Shown here: piece after piece, positions 1 through 9,274 of the stretch
Numbering within the stretch: position 1 is the first letter of the stretch
Layout: every line of letters starts with the position of its first letter
IMG/VR virus record: IMGVR_UViG_3300012984_000010
Direction: 5' to 3' (one strand)
Source of the DNA: a virus
Lineage: Duplodnaviria; Caudoviricetes
DNA length: 64,000 nucleotides
Program-made: the position numbers and the translations under genes
The notes under the pieces: generated by a model
The model's input: only the letters and a program-made list of their open reading frames with translations
Databases searched by the model: none
What the model was told of the DNA's origin: nothing

Positions 1-1469
1 GACGGCGCGACTCCGATAGTTTCTAGAACGGTGGTAGGGTCGAACAAGATCTCGTTGCGCGAGCCGACCGGCGGAATCAAAAGCGAAGTATCGTCATTGA
101 CGAGTTGCAACAAATCTTTATCGGTAGAGAACATGACGTTCTTCTGCCGAGCAAGTTCACGCCTAGTCAGGGTGGCGATCACATCGTCCGCCTCCTCTTC
201 CTTGTTCCAAGCCTGTCGGACACCCAACAATGGGAGGATCTTCTTCAGGACGGTCAGATCTGGAGGATTGGAGTTCCTTTGCGCCTTGTACTCAGAAAAA
301 CGTGACTTGCGACGCTTCGAGCTGCCGTCCCAAGTTACGTAGAGAGCAGCATCAGGGTACCTCTTCTTGAGGGACCCTAGACTACGAAGAAATCCTACCA
401 TAGCCCCTGTCGGACGTCCCTTACTGTCCGTAAGATTGGACAATCCAGGTGCGTAGGCACAACGGCACGCCAGATTGTGCCCATCCACGATCACATTTTC
501 GACCATATCTTTTTCCTGCTTATGTGCCAAAGCCCTAGAAATACTGTCAACATCATCCCAAAGATTGCGAATCCTTTTCAGGATCCCGTCTATCTTGGTC
601 AACTTGTCTAGCTTGGACTGCAGACTGTTGAATACAATATCACTGTAACGATCATTGTTGAACGCCACATAACTGTACAGAAGTCGGCCCCTAGATTCCC
701 AATCCCGCATCTTCTTCAAGTGCTCTGTTTTCTCGCGGATTTGCGACAACATCTTTGAGAAAGCGGGGGTATCTTTCAGAAATAGCTGTAGATCGGAGAT
801 CGCAGTTAGCTTGCGATACCAGATTTCCACATGAGCATAGGTTCGATACGTCTGGACCAAATCATCAAAAGGGGCGGTCCATCGTACTATAGGATAGGCT
901 GCCATCGCCCAATCACGGAGTGCCGTTAGACGACTATTCTCATTCGATAACGGGGCTCTCTCTTCAACGACAAGGAAGCTCCTAGGAAGCGTCACCAAAC
1001 TCTGTTTGGATCGCAGATCGATCCAGACCTGTACCTTCCCTTCCTCGGGAATCTCCTCGATGACTTTGGCCCCCATGTTTTTATAGGGGCCGGAAGTGAT
1101 GCGGACCCTATCCCCAATACCGATCCCCTGATCTACCAGGAGTCGTATTTGCTCTTTCATTTTGTCTATAGCGGAATCTTCCACTGTGGACAATTTCCTA
1201 GCTCGACCCGTCATACCAGGCAGAGCAAGGACTGACTGGATGTATTTAGTGTTCTCTAGGCGAAAGTATTCCTGAGGAGCTCTGTCAAGCCGAACGAACA
1301 CATACCCTTCCATCAGTATGTGGACGGACCGCGCATCTGCTATTTGAGTGACAGCCGCTGGAACAAACACCTCGGCTCTCTTCAACGAACGGAGGATCGC
1401 CGATTTGATAATCTCAGGATCTTCCTGATCACCCCTAGAGGTGAGCTCCAATACGACCCACGACCCCAT
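1..1469 (-). CDS. NusG-like (NGN+KOW) domain fused in frame to a PolI-type 5'-3' exonuclease/flap endonuclease; runs off the left edge
   Basis: Not in ORF track. Manual translation from ATG at 1469 (overlapping the dnaX TGA); codon-by-codon check shows no stop down to 483, and the frame reads on to the window edge. N-term MGSWVVLELT..EVFVP..EGYVFVR..GIGIGDRVRITSGPYKN (NusG NGN/KOW-like). From Met at 506: IVDGHNLACR, WDG, EYKAQR, EADDVIAT, STDKDLLQL (5'-3' exonuclease). Confidence 0.82.
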   Translation of the reverse strand, partial: MGSWVVLELTSRGDQEDPEIIKSAILRSLKRAEVFVPAAVTQIADARSVHILMEGYVFVRLDRAPQEYFRLENTKYIQSVLALPGMTGRARKLSTVEDSAIDKMKEQIRLLVDQGIGIGDRVRITSGPYKNMGAKVIEEIPEEGKVQVWIDLRSKQSLVTLPRSFLVVEERAPLSNENSRLTALRDWAMAAYPIVRWTAPFDDLVQTYRTYAHVEIWYRKLTAISDLQLFLKDTPAFSKMLSQIREKTEHLKKMRDWESRGRLLYSYVAFNNDRYSDIVFNSLQSKLDKLTKIDGILKRIRNLWDDVDSISRALAHKQEKDMVENVIVDGHNLACRCAYAPGLSNLTDSKGRPTGAMVGFLRSLGSLKKRYPDAALYVTWDGSSKRRKSRFSEYKAQRNSNPPDLTVLKKILPLLGVRQAWNKEEEADDVIATLTRRELARQKNVMFSTDKDLLQLVNDDTSLLIPPVGSRNEILFDPTTVLETIGVAP

Positions 1470-2887
1470 CAAGCCGCCCCTACGCCCAGTATTTTCAGAC
1501 GTTGTTCAAAGCTGATGCGCCACTCTTCTGCGGTTATCAAGTCGGCACGACCCTTAGGGGTGTCCTTGAAAAGGACTCGTGTATCGGCGTCGTGCGTCCC
1601 ACGAGGCATATCCTTCCGTACCGCCTTGTCATCCAAAGACGTAAGAGCCCGCGCATCGTCAGAACCCAAGTTACCCACCTTCCGATCTGAGGGGGGTGGG
1701 CTAGAAGGGCGTTTCGTCTCTGCAACCGGAGGGGTGGGCAGAACAACTTCCACCTTTGCGACAGGAGCTGCGGTTGGAGCGACTGTGGAGGCCGTTTCCT
1801 GTGCTGGAGATGCCTGAACCTGCACCAAGACTGTTTTGGTCGACGTATCTTTGGCTGGTGGCGTTCCAGACACACATGACATTACATCACATAGTAAACG
1901 GAGGCGGGTCGCCTTCGAGGTACCTAGGAAGTGCTCGGCCAGCTGCAACAGGCTATCCCCATATTGGAGTTGCAGCTTCTGGGCTAACGGTTTGTCGACG
2001 TAAGTATAATCCACGTACATGTTGTTAGCCATGCGATAGCTGGTCATGGCTGCCTCTGCCAAACCTTCGTATACTGCCTCAGGTCCAACCTGATCGCAAG
2101 TCATCTCTACGAGTTGAATAGCTGTAGAGGGAGTTCCTAACGAGAGTAAGATCTCATAATATTTCGAAACCACCGACAAATTGAGATACTCTCTCACTGA
2201 GGCGCTGGTTATTTCACCCAGTTGGGCAATCATCTCCAAGGTATTGATGATGTCGCGCACATGGCTGTGCGATGCGTCAATCACCGTCAGTACAGCATCT
2301 TCCTCAAACCCCACCCCTTCTTGGGTCAGAATCCAACACATCCTAGTGAGCAGATCCTCACGAGGGATGGAGCGAATCTTATATTCCTCACACCTAGATC
2401 GGATCGGACCTCTGATCTTTTCTGCCTCAGTTGTGCAAAAAATGCCGACAAATTTGGCTTCCTCGATGGGTTTTAGCAACACATCTTGGGAAGCGGCGCT
2501 CATCCGGTGCATTTCATCGAACAGGTAGATACGTTTTTCTGCACCTTGGATGGCGAAAGGAAGGTCTTTGACGATCTTCCTCATGTGATCGATTGTGCCG
2601 TTTGAAGCCGCGTCCGTCTCCGTAAATGCTTGGCTGGTGTCTGCGAAAACCTCTTTGCAGTTGTTGCAGACATTGCACGGCTCCCCATCCGATTGGAGAT
2701 CCTGGCAAAGCATCGCTCGGGCGAGGATACGGGCAAGGGTCGTTTTTCCTTGCCCGTGCCCGCCGCTAAAGATGTAGCTCGTGTCGAGAGCCGTACCTTT
2801 GACCAACCGCGCCTTGAGAACTAGGGCAGCACTTTCCTGGCCCAATACGTCGGAAAAACGTACTGGGCGGTACCGCTTGTCCCACAT
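1469..2887 (-). CDS. dnaX: DNA polymerase III gamma/tau clamp-loader subunit
   Basis: KRYRPVRFSDVLGQ, Walker A GGHGQGKTT, Zn module C..C..C..C, DAAS, DEMH, SRC motifs; Pro/Ala-rich linker. Confidence 0.95.
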   Translation of the reverse strand: MWDKRYRPVRFSDVLGQESAALVLKARLVKGTALDTSYIFSGGHGQGKTTLARILARAMLCQDLQSDGEPCNVCNNCKEVFADTSQAFTETDAASNGTIDHMRKIVKDLPFAIQGAEKRIYLFDEMHRMSAASQDVLLKPIEEAKFVGIFCTTEAEKIRGPIRSRCEEYKIRSIPREDLLTRMCWILTQEGVGFEEDAVLTVIDASHSHVRDIINTLEMIAQLGEITSASVREYLNLSVVSKYYEILLSLGTPSTAIQLVEMTCDQVGPEAVYEGLAEAAMTSYRMANNMYVDYTYVDKPLAQKLQLQYGDSLLQLAEHFLGTSKATRLRLLCDVMSCVSGTPPAKDTSTKTVLVQVQASPAQETASTVAPTAAPVAKVEVVLPTPPVAETKRPSSPPPSDRKVGNLGSDDARALTSLDDKAVRKDMPRGTHDADTRVLFKDTPKGRADLITAEEWRISFEQRLKILGVGAA

Positions 2888-2888
2888 A

Positions 2889-3383
2889 TCAAACCTCGGT
2901 CGTTTGCAGCAAGTCCTCTGCCAGATTCTCTTCCTCAGTCTCCACCAAACTCCCCAGGTCTAGTTTCTGGGCGATAGAGACGAATCCTGCCAGACCCTGA
3001 TGCCAAGCACCGTGGCGAGATAGGATTGAAGAGAACTCTTGAACGTCTGGCTCTCTTGTGGACCAATTCATGGTGCCGGTCTTCTCGTCTTCCTCACCAG
3101 TCAGATGCTCAAGAAGGTGGTCCACCAGAGCGGTCCTTTGAGACTCCGATAGTTCCTGCCACAGGTCGGCCGCCACCTCGATTACGAAGTCTCGTTCGAG
3201 GGCCCACTCAAAGTAACCGCTGAACTTCTTGACCTTGCCGTAAAGAGGGCGACCACCTTTATTGGAGGCCTTGTCAACGAACACGTAGCTGATCCGAGCA
3301 TCCGCCAATTCAGGGTGGTAGTTGGGGATCAGGCCCGCAGCTATTTTGGCAACGTCTTCAGCTTCACTGTATATTTTGGCCAT
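2889..3383 (-). CDS. Phage metallopeptidase-like protein (degenerate HExxH-type motif)
   Basis: HPELADARISYVF..GKVKK..DFVIEV..W..L...Q..ALVDHLLEH resembles the phage metallopeptidase family. Confidence 0.5.
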   Translation of the reverse strand: MAKIYSEAEDVAKIAAGLIPNYHPELADARISYVFVDKASNKGGRPLYGKVKKFSGYFEWALERDFVIEVAADLWQELSESQRTALVDHLLEHLTGEEDEKTGTMNWSTREPDVQEFSSILSRHGAWHQGLAGFVSIAQKLDLGSLVETEEENLAEDLLQTTEV

Positions 3384-3405
3384 TGTCTCTATTTCCTTAG
3401 CTGGG

Positions 3406-4104
3406 TCAAGTTCCCAGATTCTTTAGGTATACACCGAATTTATCGTCTCCGAGGATTTCCCAAAGGTCAGATGGGTCTTTAGCCTCGCGACCATCAAAAA
3501 ACTTCAAGCGGGGGAACTTGGGGATGTGCACCCGAAAGTCGGGGGCGTCATGTTGGGCAAGTTCTTTGGCCCCTTTCCACCCTGTAGGGTCCATGTCGTA
3601 CCCCAACCAAACGTTTCGGACGTTGCGTTTGAGGAACCGCAACAAGGCTGTGCTGACAGCGGCGGTCATCGTGGGGATGATGTTAGGATAGACCCTTTGG
3701 ATGGGAAAAAGGTCAAACGCACCTTCGACAATCCAGATTGACTGGCTTTGCCACACATGAGGCATCGCCTGAGCGAGCCCGAACAGTACCGGCTCATCAT
3801 GGTCCAACAAATAGTCGGTATATCCTTTGGCGGCTCGATCCAGGTGTCTAAACTGTACCCCCTTCACCTGCCCCAAGGCATTGGTCATCGGGAATACCAA
3901 CATGTCGTTCAGACGTCTCCCTTGCCAACACCACTCTAAGAAGTCGGCCGCCCCCTCCATGGGCGGAAGACGCCTATTTAGATACCCTATCTGATAGCTG
4001 GAAATCTGGGTGTCGGTCACACCTCGGGCGTATAAGGCTTCGGCTACCTGTTCCGTCACTCCAGTGGCCGCAAACTCTACCAGAGTATCAAGCCACCGAG
4101 TCAT
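3406..4104 (-). CDS. dnaG: DnaG-like primase catalytic core (no Zn-binding domain)
   Basis: FPMTNALGQVKGVQFR, TOPRIM IWIVEGAFD and LGYDMDPTG, KDPSD. Confidence 0.78.
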   Translation of the reverse strand: MTRWLDTLVEFAATGVTEQVAEALYARGVTDTQISSYQIGYLNRRLPPMEGAADFLEWCWQGRRLNDMLVFPMTNALGQVKGVQFRHLDRAAKGYTDYLLDHDEPVLFGLAQAMPHVWQSQSIWIVEGAFDLFPIQRVYPNIIPTMTAAVSTALLRFLKRNVRNVWLGYDMDPTGWKGAKELAQHDAPDFRVHIPKFPRLKFFDGREAKDPSDLWEILGDDKFGVYLKNLGT

Positions 4105-4702
4105 GACCTATTAGGATAAGGGAACGATCCGCCTGACACAACATGATTGACAGGAATTCCCTAGACCTCATGTAGTGCCCCACCAATCCAGGGGAGGTGC
4201 TCAGTATGGCTTGACCCTCCGCCAAAGCATCAGTAACTAGGATTAGGATGCCCTCCGATTCGGCCACATACCCCCTAGAAAGAGTTAGCCGATCCACTTC
4301 ATCTTCTGACAATTCGGCGCCGCAGATTCTAGGTAAGTCGGAATACGGGAGCAACAGATAACGGGCTTCTAGCTGAAATGAGGTCATTTTCCGCACGGCA
4401 TCCGACAGATTGACGCACCGATTATCCCAGCCTAGACTCTTAGATAGAGTACCCACAGTCTCAAATAAGCCAGCCACTACGGGGTTTTCTTCGTCTATAG
4501 GACATTCGAAAAACCCTTGTAGGACGAAGGGCTCTGACTGAAGAGGATCAGTGCGCAGAAAGGTCTGGAGCAATCGCCCCTTCGTATTGGAAACGACCCA
4601 CGGACCTCTCGACTTGTCCATGGGTCGTTTATTGGCGATTGGAGTGGCTTCCTTTCGAAGCCGTTCAGCAATCAAGATTCGTTCAAGAACCGAGATTTTC
4701 AT
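4088..4702 (-). CDS. Hypothetical protein
   Basis: 204 aa ORF coupled to neighbours; no recognised motif. Confidence 0.55.
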   Translation of the reverse strand: MKISVLERILIAERLRKEATPIANKRPMDKSRGPWVVSNTKGRLLQTFLRTDPLQSEPFVLQGFFECPIDEENPVVAGLFETVGTLSKSLGWDNRCVNLSDAVRKMTSFQLEARYLLLPYSDLPRICGAELSEDEVDRLTLSRGYVAESEGILILVTDALAEGQAILSTSPGLVGHYMRSREFLSIMLCQADRSLILIGHDSVA

Positions 4703-5273
4703 TCTTGGGTGCCGAAAGTAGAGGGGTCAAGTCGGGTACTGTGATGACGGGTTCAATTCGAATCCTCTTAAACCACAACAACACCCGCTTCCACCAAGGG
4801 ATAGCAAGTGTTTGACTGATGCCTGCCGCCCACAACAGCTCGTGCACGCCAGGCATATTCAGTTCCAACCATTCCGGATTGGAGGTTTGGGACACGAACT
4901 CTCTGAAGAGGGACTCTTTGGTTTGCAAAGCAGTGAAGAAGGGGCATCGCTTAGCATCGATAGGGTCTTCACAGATGGTCCCTTGCCATTCCTCAGGGTT
5001 CTCAGAATTGAGCATACAGAGGCCAATAGTGTTGGGGGTAACAATGATAGGTAGCCCCACCCTATGTTCCTCGGGACGTGGTTCGACAGGTTGCCTGTGG
5101 TTGTGGACGCAGAGATGCGGTAATCTCTGGCTAGCCTCCAGGACCCTACGGTCCAGTTCGGCGCACAGCAAGCCCCTAGCTTTGGCTAGTATTTCCTCGG
5201 GAGTCTTCAAGAGGGCACCTTCTTCACTATCAAAAATGGTGTTACACCGTCTTCCTCGAAGACTTCTGAGCAA
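4683..5273 (-). CDS. Hypothetical Cys-containing protein (true start uncertain)
   Basis: ORF in operon orientation; scattered Cys/His (CVHNH, C..C, CPFF). Confidence 0.5.
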   Translation of the reverse strand: MLRSLRGRRCNTIFDSEEGALLKTPEEILAKARGLLCAELDRRVLEASQRLPHLCVHNHRQPVEPRPEEHRVGLPIIVTPNTIGLCMLNSENPEEWQGTICEDPIDAKRCPFFTALQTKESLFREFVSQTSNPEWLELNMPGVHELLWAAGISQTLAIPWWKRVLLWFKRIRIEPVITVPDLTPLLSAPKNENLGS

Positions 5274-5884
5274 CGGTAGACATTATGTGCATGTTCCTTG
5301 TAGGCGGGCTTGTGGGTGACCAGCAATAGGTCGAACCCCAACTTCTCGGCCACGCCTCTCAGGAACTGACTGGTGTAGTCAACATACTCATCTGATACTG
5401 CTCCCAGCGATTCATCCAAGATCAGGACCGGCCACAGCTTCAGACGCTTGATAGCCAAGACCCTCAAGATCAACGATACGACGGTAGAAGGTCCGCCACC
5501 GAAGGCTTCGAGCGGTTTACCTCTATGGGAACGATGGCTGCCCTTCAACCCTCTCCGAATGAAGAAGTCGACCGAGATTTTGTTGTGCTTTGGGCCAACC
5601 TCAGATTCAAGGCTCAGAATCTGATCAGTGAAAATGGTCTGCAACCCTTCAGTTGCAATCTTTTCCACAGATCGTACCTGCTTCTCAACCAATTGATCCA
5701 AAAGTGCGCGGAAGAGCTCCACCACCTTGGACAGGATTTCTATTTCCTGATCCAGGTGGAGTACTTCCGCTTTCTTGGCCCGCAACTCGTCCGCGGCCCT
5801 ATCTCGTAGGACCGTCAGACGAGTTGCAGAGGCTTCGACGCTCTTTACCCTTGCTTCGAAGGCATGAAGCGTGTCACTAGGCAT
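5207..5884 (-). CDS. SbcC/Rad50-like ABC ATPase, C-terminal half
   Basis: Coiled coil, then signature-like FGGG, Walker B VLILDES, H-loop LLVTH; no Walker A. Confidence 0.82.
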   Translation of the reverse strand: MPSDTLHAFEARVKSVEASATRLTVLRDRAADELRAKKAEVLHLDQEIEILSKVVELFRALLDQLVEKQVRSVEKIATEGLQTIFTDQILSLESEVGPKHNKISVDFFIRRGLKGSHRSHRGKPLEAFGGGPSTVVSLILRVLAIKRLKLWPVLILDESLGAVSDEYVDYTSQFLRGVAEKLGFDLLLVTHKPAYKEHAHNVYRCSEVFEEDGVTPFLIVKKVPS

Positions 5885-7098
5885 TCGTAGGAACCTTCTG
5901 GGGAAATAACCACTTCACCGTCAGCATTCAGGTTGAAGCGGTCGAAAGTACGGAAGAAGGCAGCCTCTTTGGGGCGAGTCTTACTCGCCGGTACGAGCGC
6001 CGTCCTAAGCTCGACAGCATACCCCTTCGCCGATTCAAACAGGCTGATGAAGTGATCCACATTGACGTTGAATTCGAACGACGGGATAGAATCCGACCCA
6101 TCCTCAAGCTTCAGACTGTCGACCCCAACAGGAGCGCTGGTGATGTCGTCCGAGCCATCAATTGCCTTGAAGTGTAGGAATCCGTCCTTGTAGATCAGAC
6201 GGATCTTATCCTGATCGGTCGACAAAACCGCTCGCATATGCTTGAGAGACTTGAGGATCAACTCCTTCGACACCATCAGGACCGACTTATCCTGGCTGGT
6301 GGCGTAGTACTGGAAACGGCTATGCTCCTTGACATGGCTGGCCCAACCGATCACAGCGCCCTCGGTGAGAGCCCCATTCTCGTCAGGGATCAACTCGATC
6401 AAGAAGTTGGAACCTTCGCCAAAGCGAACCTTGACCTCTGAACCACACTTACCCAGGAAGTTGTTGAGGTAGTTCAGATTTTCAATGTGGACCCCCAACC
6501 CCTTACCCTTCAGGGCTTCACAAGAGTAGTAGGCCGCACGGGTACCATCTGCACCAAACATGATACCGTCCCCCTTCTCCCACTCGGGACGGCTGGTATC
6601 GAAAATCTGGAGGGTGTTGAGATGTTCATCTGTCTTGACCGCCTCAGAGGGTGTGAAAGCAGCAATACTCTTCAAAGCGTCTCGAAGGATGGCCGTGTGA
6701 AAGGTCCTCTCTTCTGTGGCCTCGCTGAACTTACGGACCAGAGTGGTGAAGTTGGTTGGATCGTAGGTCGACAGATCAACCTTGGCCCCACCTTCTGTCG
6801 TGTACTTGAGCCAATGGCGTTTCTCGTCCTGACCCGACTCCAGTTCGATCCAGCCAGCCACGTACTTCAAGGAGCCAATCTTGTCACTAGGGAAGGTGAA
6901 GCCGCCCTCCCCCTCAATCGATTCCACAGCCAGCTCAGAACGGATGTACCTCACACCATCGTGAGAATGGACGTACACCTTACCACCGTTGGTGGCAATC
7001 AAGAAGGCGGTGTCGGCACTCCCGCGTAGTTTTGGCTTGACGATATTGGCAATCTCTAAGGCCTTGCTCAAGGCCTCTACTGTGGTTTTGATCTTCAT
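5845..7098 (-). CDS. dnaN: Divergent DNA polymerase III beta sliding clamp-like protein
   Basis: 417 aa; N-term L.KAL..AN.V, ADGTRAAY (cf. TDGHRLA), three-domain length; context with dnaX/holA/holB. Confidence 0.62.
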   Translation of the reverse strand: MKIKTTVEALSKALEIANIVKPKLRGSADTAFLIATNGGKVYVHSHDGVRYIRSELAVESIEGEGGFTFPSDKIGSLKYVAGWIELESGQDEKRHWLKYTTEGGAKVDLSTYDPTNFTTLVRKFSEATEERTFHTAILRDALKSIAAFTPSEAVKTDEHLNTLQIFDTSRPEWEKGDGIMFGADGTRAAYYSCEALKGKGLGVHIENLNYLNNFLGKCGSEVKVRFGEGSNFLIELIPDENGALTEGAVIGWASHVKEHSRFQYYATSQDKSVLMVSKELILKSLKHMRAVLSTDQDKIRLIYKDGFLHFKAIDGSDDITSAPVGVDSLKLEDGSDSIPSFEFNVNVDHFISLFESAKGYAVELRTALVPASKTRPKEAAFFRTFDRFNLNADGEVVISPEGSYECLVTRFMPSKQG

Positions 7099-7119
7099 TT
7101 TGGGGTGTGTCTTTCAGGG

Positions 7120-7395
7120 TCAGGTGGTACTGAAGGCTGCTAGAGCCTGTTCTACTTCGCAGAGCTTCTTGTCGAAATCTTCGATCATGGCCGTCACATC
7201 GGCCTGCAAACGATCACGGTCTTCCTTGAGGCGTTTTGGGTCATAGCCCGCTTCCTCTATTTCCCTCTTCAGAGACACCAACTCTTCCTTCTTGGCTTGA
7301 AGAAGACCGCTGAGAGTTGACTTTTTGGTGTTGGCGGCCTTGTACCGCTTGCTTAGTTCTTCGACTTTTTCGCTTATTTGCTCTAGTGAGTTCAT
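7120..7395 (-). CDS. Small coiled-coil protein
   Basis: MNSLEQISEK start overlaps the upstream stop; heptad pattern. Confidence 0.55.
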   Translation of the reverse strand: MNSLEQISEKVEELSKRYKAANTKKSTLSGLLQAKKEELVSLKREIEEAGYDPKRLKEDRDRLQADVTAMIEDFDKKLCEVEQALAAFSTT

Positions 7396-8297
7396 TTGTG
7401 TTTCCTCTTTTTCTGTTGAGCCTGAATATCCTGCTGTACCTTGAAACCCTTGGGGCAGATAGCTTCGACAGCGTAAGGACAAAACCTGCAATTCTCAGGC
7501 TTTGGGTTCGGGGTGAAAGTCTCCCTAGCTTTGGAGAAGGGCGCCGTTGGTAGTACGACTCTCTCTTTTGCCTTGATCTCCTCGATCGTATCCTTGACCT
7601 GTGTGAAAAGAGACTTGATCTCCCCTTCCGAGGTACTGACCCAATCGATGCTCTCCACAGGCTCGTAGCGCCAGAACAAGAAGGCCAGCTTGTCTGGCAA
7701 CTGTCCAGTCTGAAGCTGATACAACATAGCATACCACTGGAGTTGGCGAGGATCGACGTACTTGTCCCGATGTTTGGAACCTTTCCCGTCAACAATCAAC
7801 AAATCGTTGTTGGGGGCGGTCCGCTGAATGATGAAGTCCGAACGTCCTCCCCAAATGTCCCCATTAGGAGCTTTGAAATCCAACTTGGTCTCGGCTTCCG
7901 CCCTGGGGCCTAACAGTCGGTGGTACCGGATGATGCGAAGACCTCTAGGGATCGCATCCCTAACATCTGCTATCAGCTCTTCCTTGTTGAGGTACATGCC
8001 ATATTGATTCTGGTTGGGCCCGTCACCCTTCCACAACAACACGCCGCCCTTGGAGGTCTCTTTGGCAATGCATTCGTTGATCTGAGACTCCACTCGGGAA
8101 AGCATTATTTTCTGCACCTCCGGCTGGCGCCAGAGCTGTTCCACGTAGAACTGCTCAAACAGCTGTCCCACCACAGAGCCGTAAATCGACCCTAGACGAT
8201 CATCAGGACCCTCGACCGTGGTCTTGGCGATGTAGCCGTTCCAGTAGTCAAATGTGCAACTGTCGTATTTCTTGAAACCACTATAGGATAGGTACAT
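7392..8297 (-). CDS. PD-(D/E)XK nuclease, RecB/AddB/Cas4-like
   Basis: SYS....Y..C, GS..G, GRSDFII, IVDGKG, QLQWYA, C-terminal CRFCPY. Confidence 0.8.
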   Translation of the reverse strand: MYLSYSGFKKYDSCTFDYWNGYIAKTTVEGPDDRLGSIYGSVVGQLFEQFYVEQLWRQPEVQKIMLSRVESQINECIAKETSKGGVLLWKGDGPNQNQYGMYLNKEELIADVRDAIPRGLRIIRYHRLLGPRAEAETKLDFKAPNGDIWGGRSDFIIQRTAPNNDLLIVDGKGSKHRDKYVDPRQLQWYAMLYQLQTGQLPDKLAFLFWRYEPVESIDWVSTSEGEIKSLFTQVKDTIEEIKAKERVVLPTAPFSKARETFTPNPKPENCRFCPYAVEAICPKGFKVQQDIQAQQKKRKHK

Positions 8298-9274
8298 CAG
8301 GCTCTGGCCTTATCTAGGTAGAATTTGGCTCTGGTTATCACTTCAGGAGCAAAGGAGTCCAAAGCCTGTAAACTGCTATCGACATTCTGAGGTTGGCCCT
8401 CTTCATTGGCCGCAATCGCATCGTTCTCTAGTTGAATGACGAACTGGTCGATCGCCAGAGATTCCTTCTCCAGACGTTCTTTGCGCTCGACATCAAATAC
8501 TTCCTCCGCAGGCAATACCGTCAGGGGAAGGGCTTTGACGCTGATTTGGCCTTGATCTACCTCTATCAAAGCTACTTTCGGCGTTCGTTCCAGGTTTTCT
8601 TTGACCAACGCCCCTCGGGAAACAGCCCCTTGATTGACGAAGTACCGTCCCTCTAGCTGAACGATTCCCTGGTCTCGATGCCAATGCCCAAAACACAGGA
8701 CATCGAACCCACCCTCGACCAACATACTGTCGTAGCGGAACACCGGCTCCCCAAAGAAGTCTTCGACATTTGGGGGAGGGTTCTCACCCGCCAAGGCATG
8801 GATGATCGCAATCATGGCGGTATCGCCAGGCTGCTTTCTGAAGGCTTGTATCTCCCTCAGGGTGCGTTCCGAGCTGTAGGGGAACCCTACCACTCTAACC
8901 TGCTCCAATCCGTCTATGAAGACCTCTTCTCGGAGCTCCTTGAACACCCCTGACTCGAACAGGACCCCCAACGGCTGTTTGAGGATGGTGGTCAGATTGT
9001 TACCTACAATGTCGTGATTGCCCTCTACGCAATAGACAGGACAATGGTAATCATTGTGGATCGACATCACGTCTTTGACCAAAGCGTGAGAGTTCCGCAA
9101 AGGGTCCTTCACATGAAAGAAGTCCCCTCCGTCCAAGACTGCAATGGCCCCATGATCCTTGGCCATCTGGCCTATTTGGACCAGATTGCTTCGAATCTCG
9201 GCAGGGTAGTCCCCTTTCCAAGAGGCGGGGCCCTTGTCGGCAGCGTGAACATCCGTTCTAAAGATGAACCTCAC
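8297..9274 (-). CDS. sbcD: SbcD/Mre11-like metallophosphoesterase nuclease
   Basis: TDVH, GGDFFH, GNHD, GHWH motifs; adjacent to the SbcC N-half. Confidence 0.9.
   Translation of the reverse strand: MRFIFRTDVHAADKGPASWKGDYPAEIRSNLVQIGQMAKDHGAIAVLDGGDFFHVKDPLRNSHALVKDVMSIHNDYHCPVYCVEGNHDIVGNNLTTILKQPLGVLFESGVFKELREEVFIDGLEQVRVVGFPYSSERTLREIQAFRKQPGDTAMIAIIHALAGENPPPNVEDFFGEPVFRYDSMLVEGGFDVLCFGHWHRDQGIVQLEGRYFVNQGAVSRGALVKENLERTPKVALIEVDQGQISVKALPLTVLPAEEVFDVERKERLEKESLAIDQFVIQLENDAIAANEEGQPQNVDSSLQALDSFAPEVITRAKFYLDKARA

Noticed and set aside
7392-8297. Cas4 as evidence of a CRISPR-Cas locus
   Set aside because: It is a RecB/Cas4-like nuclease sitting in a recombination operon with no cas1/cas2 or array.
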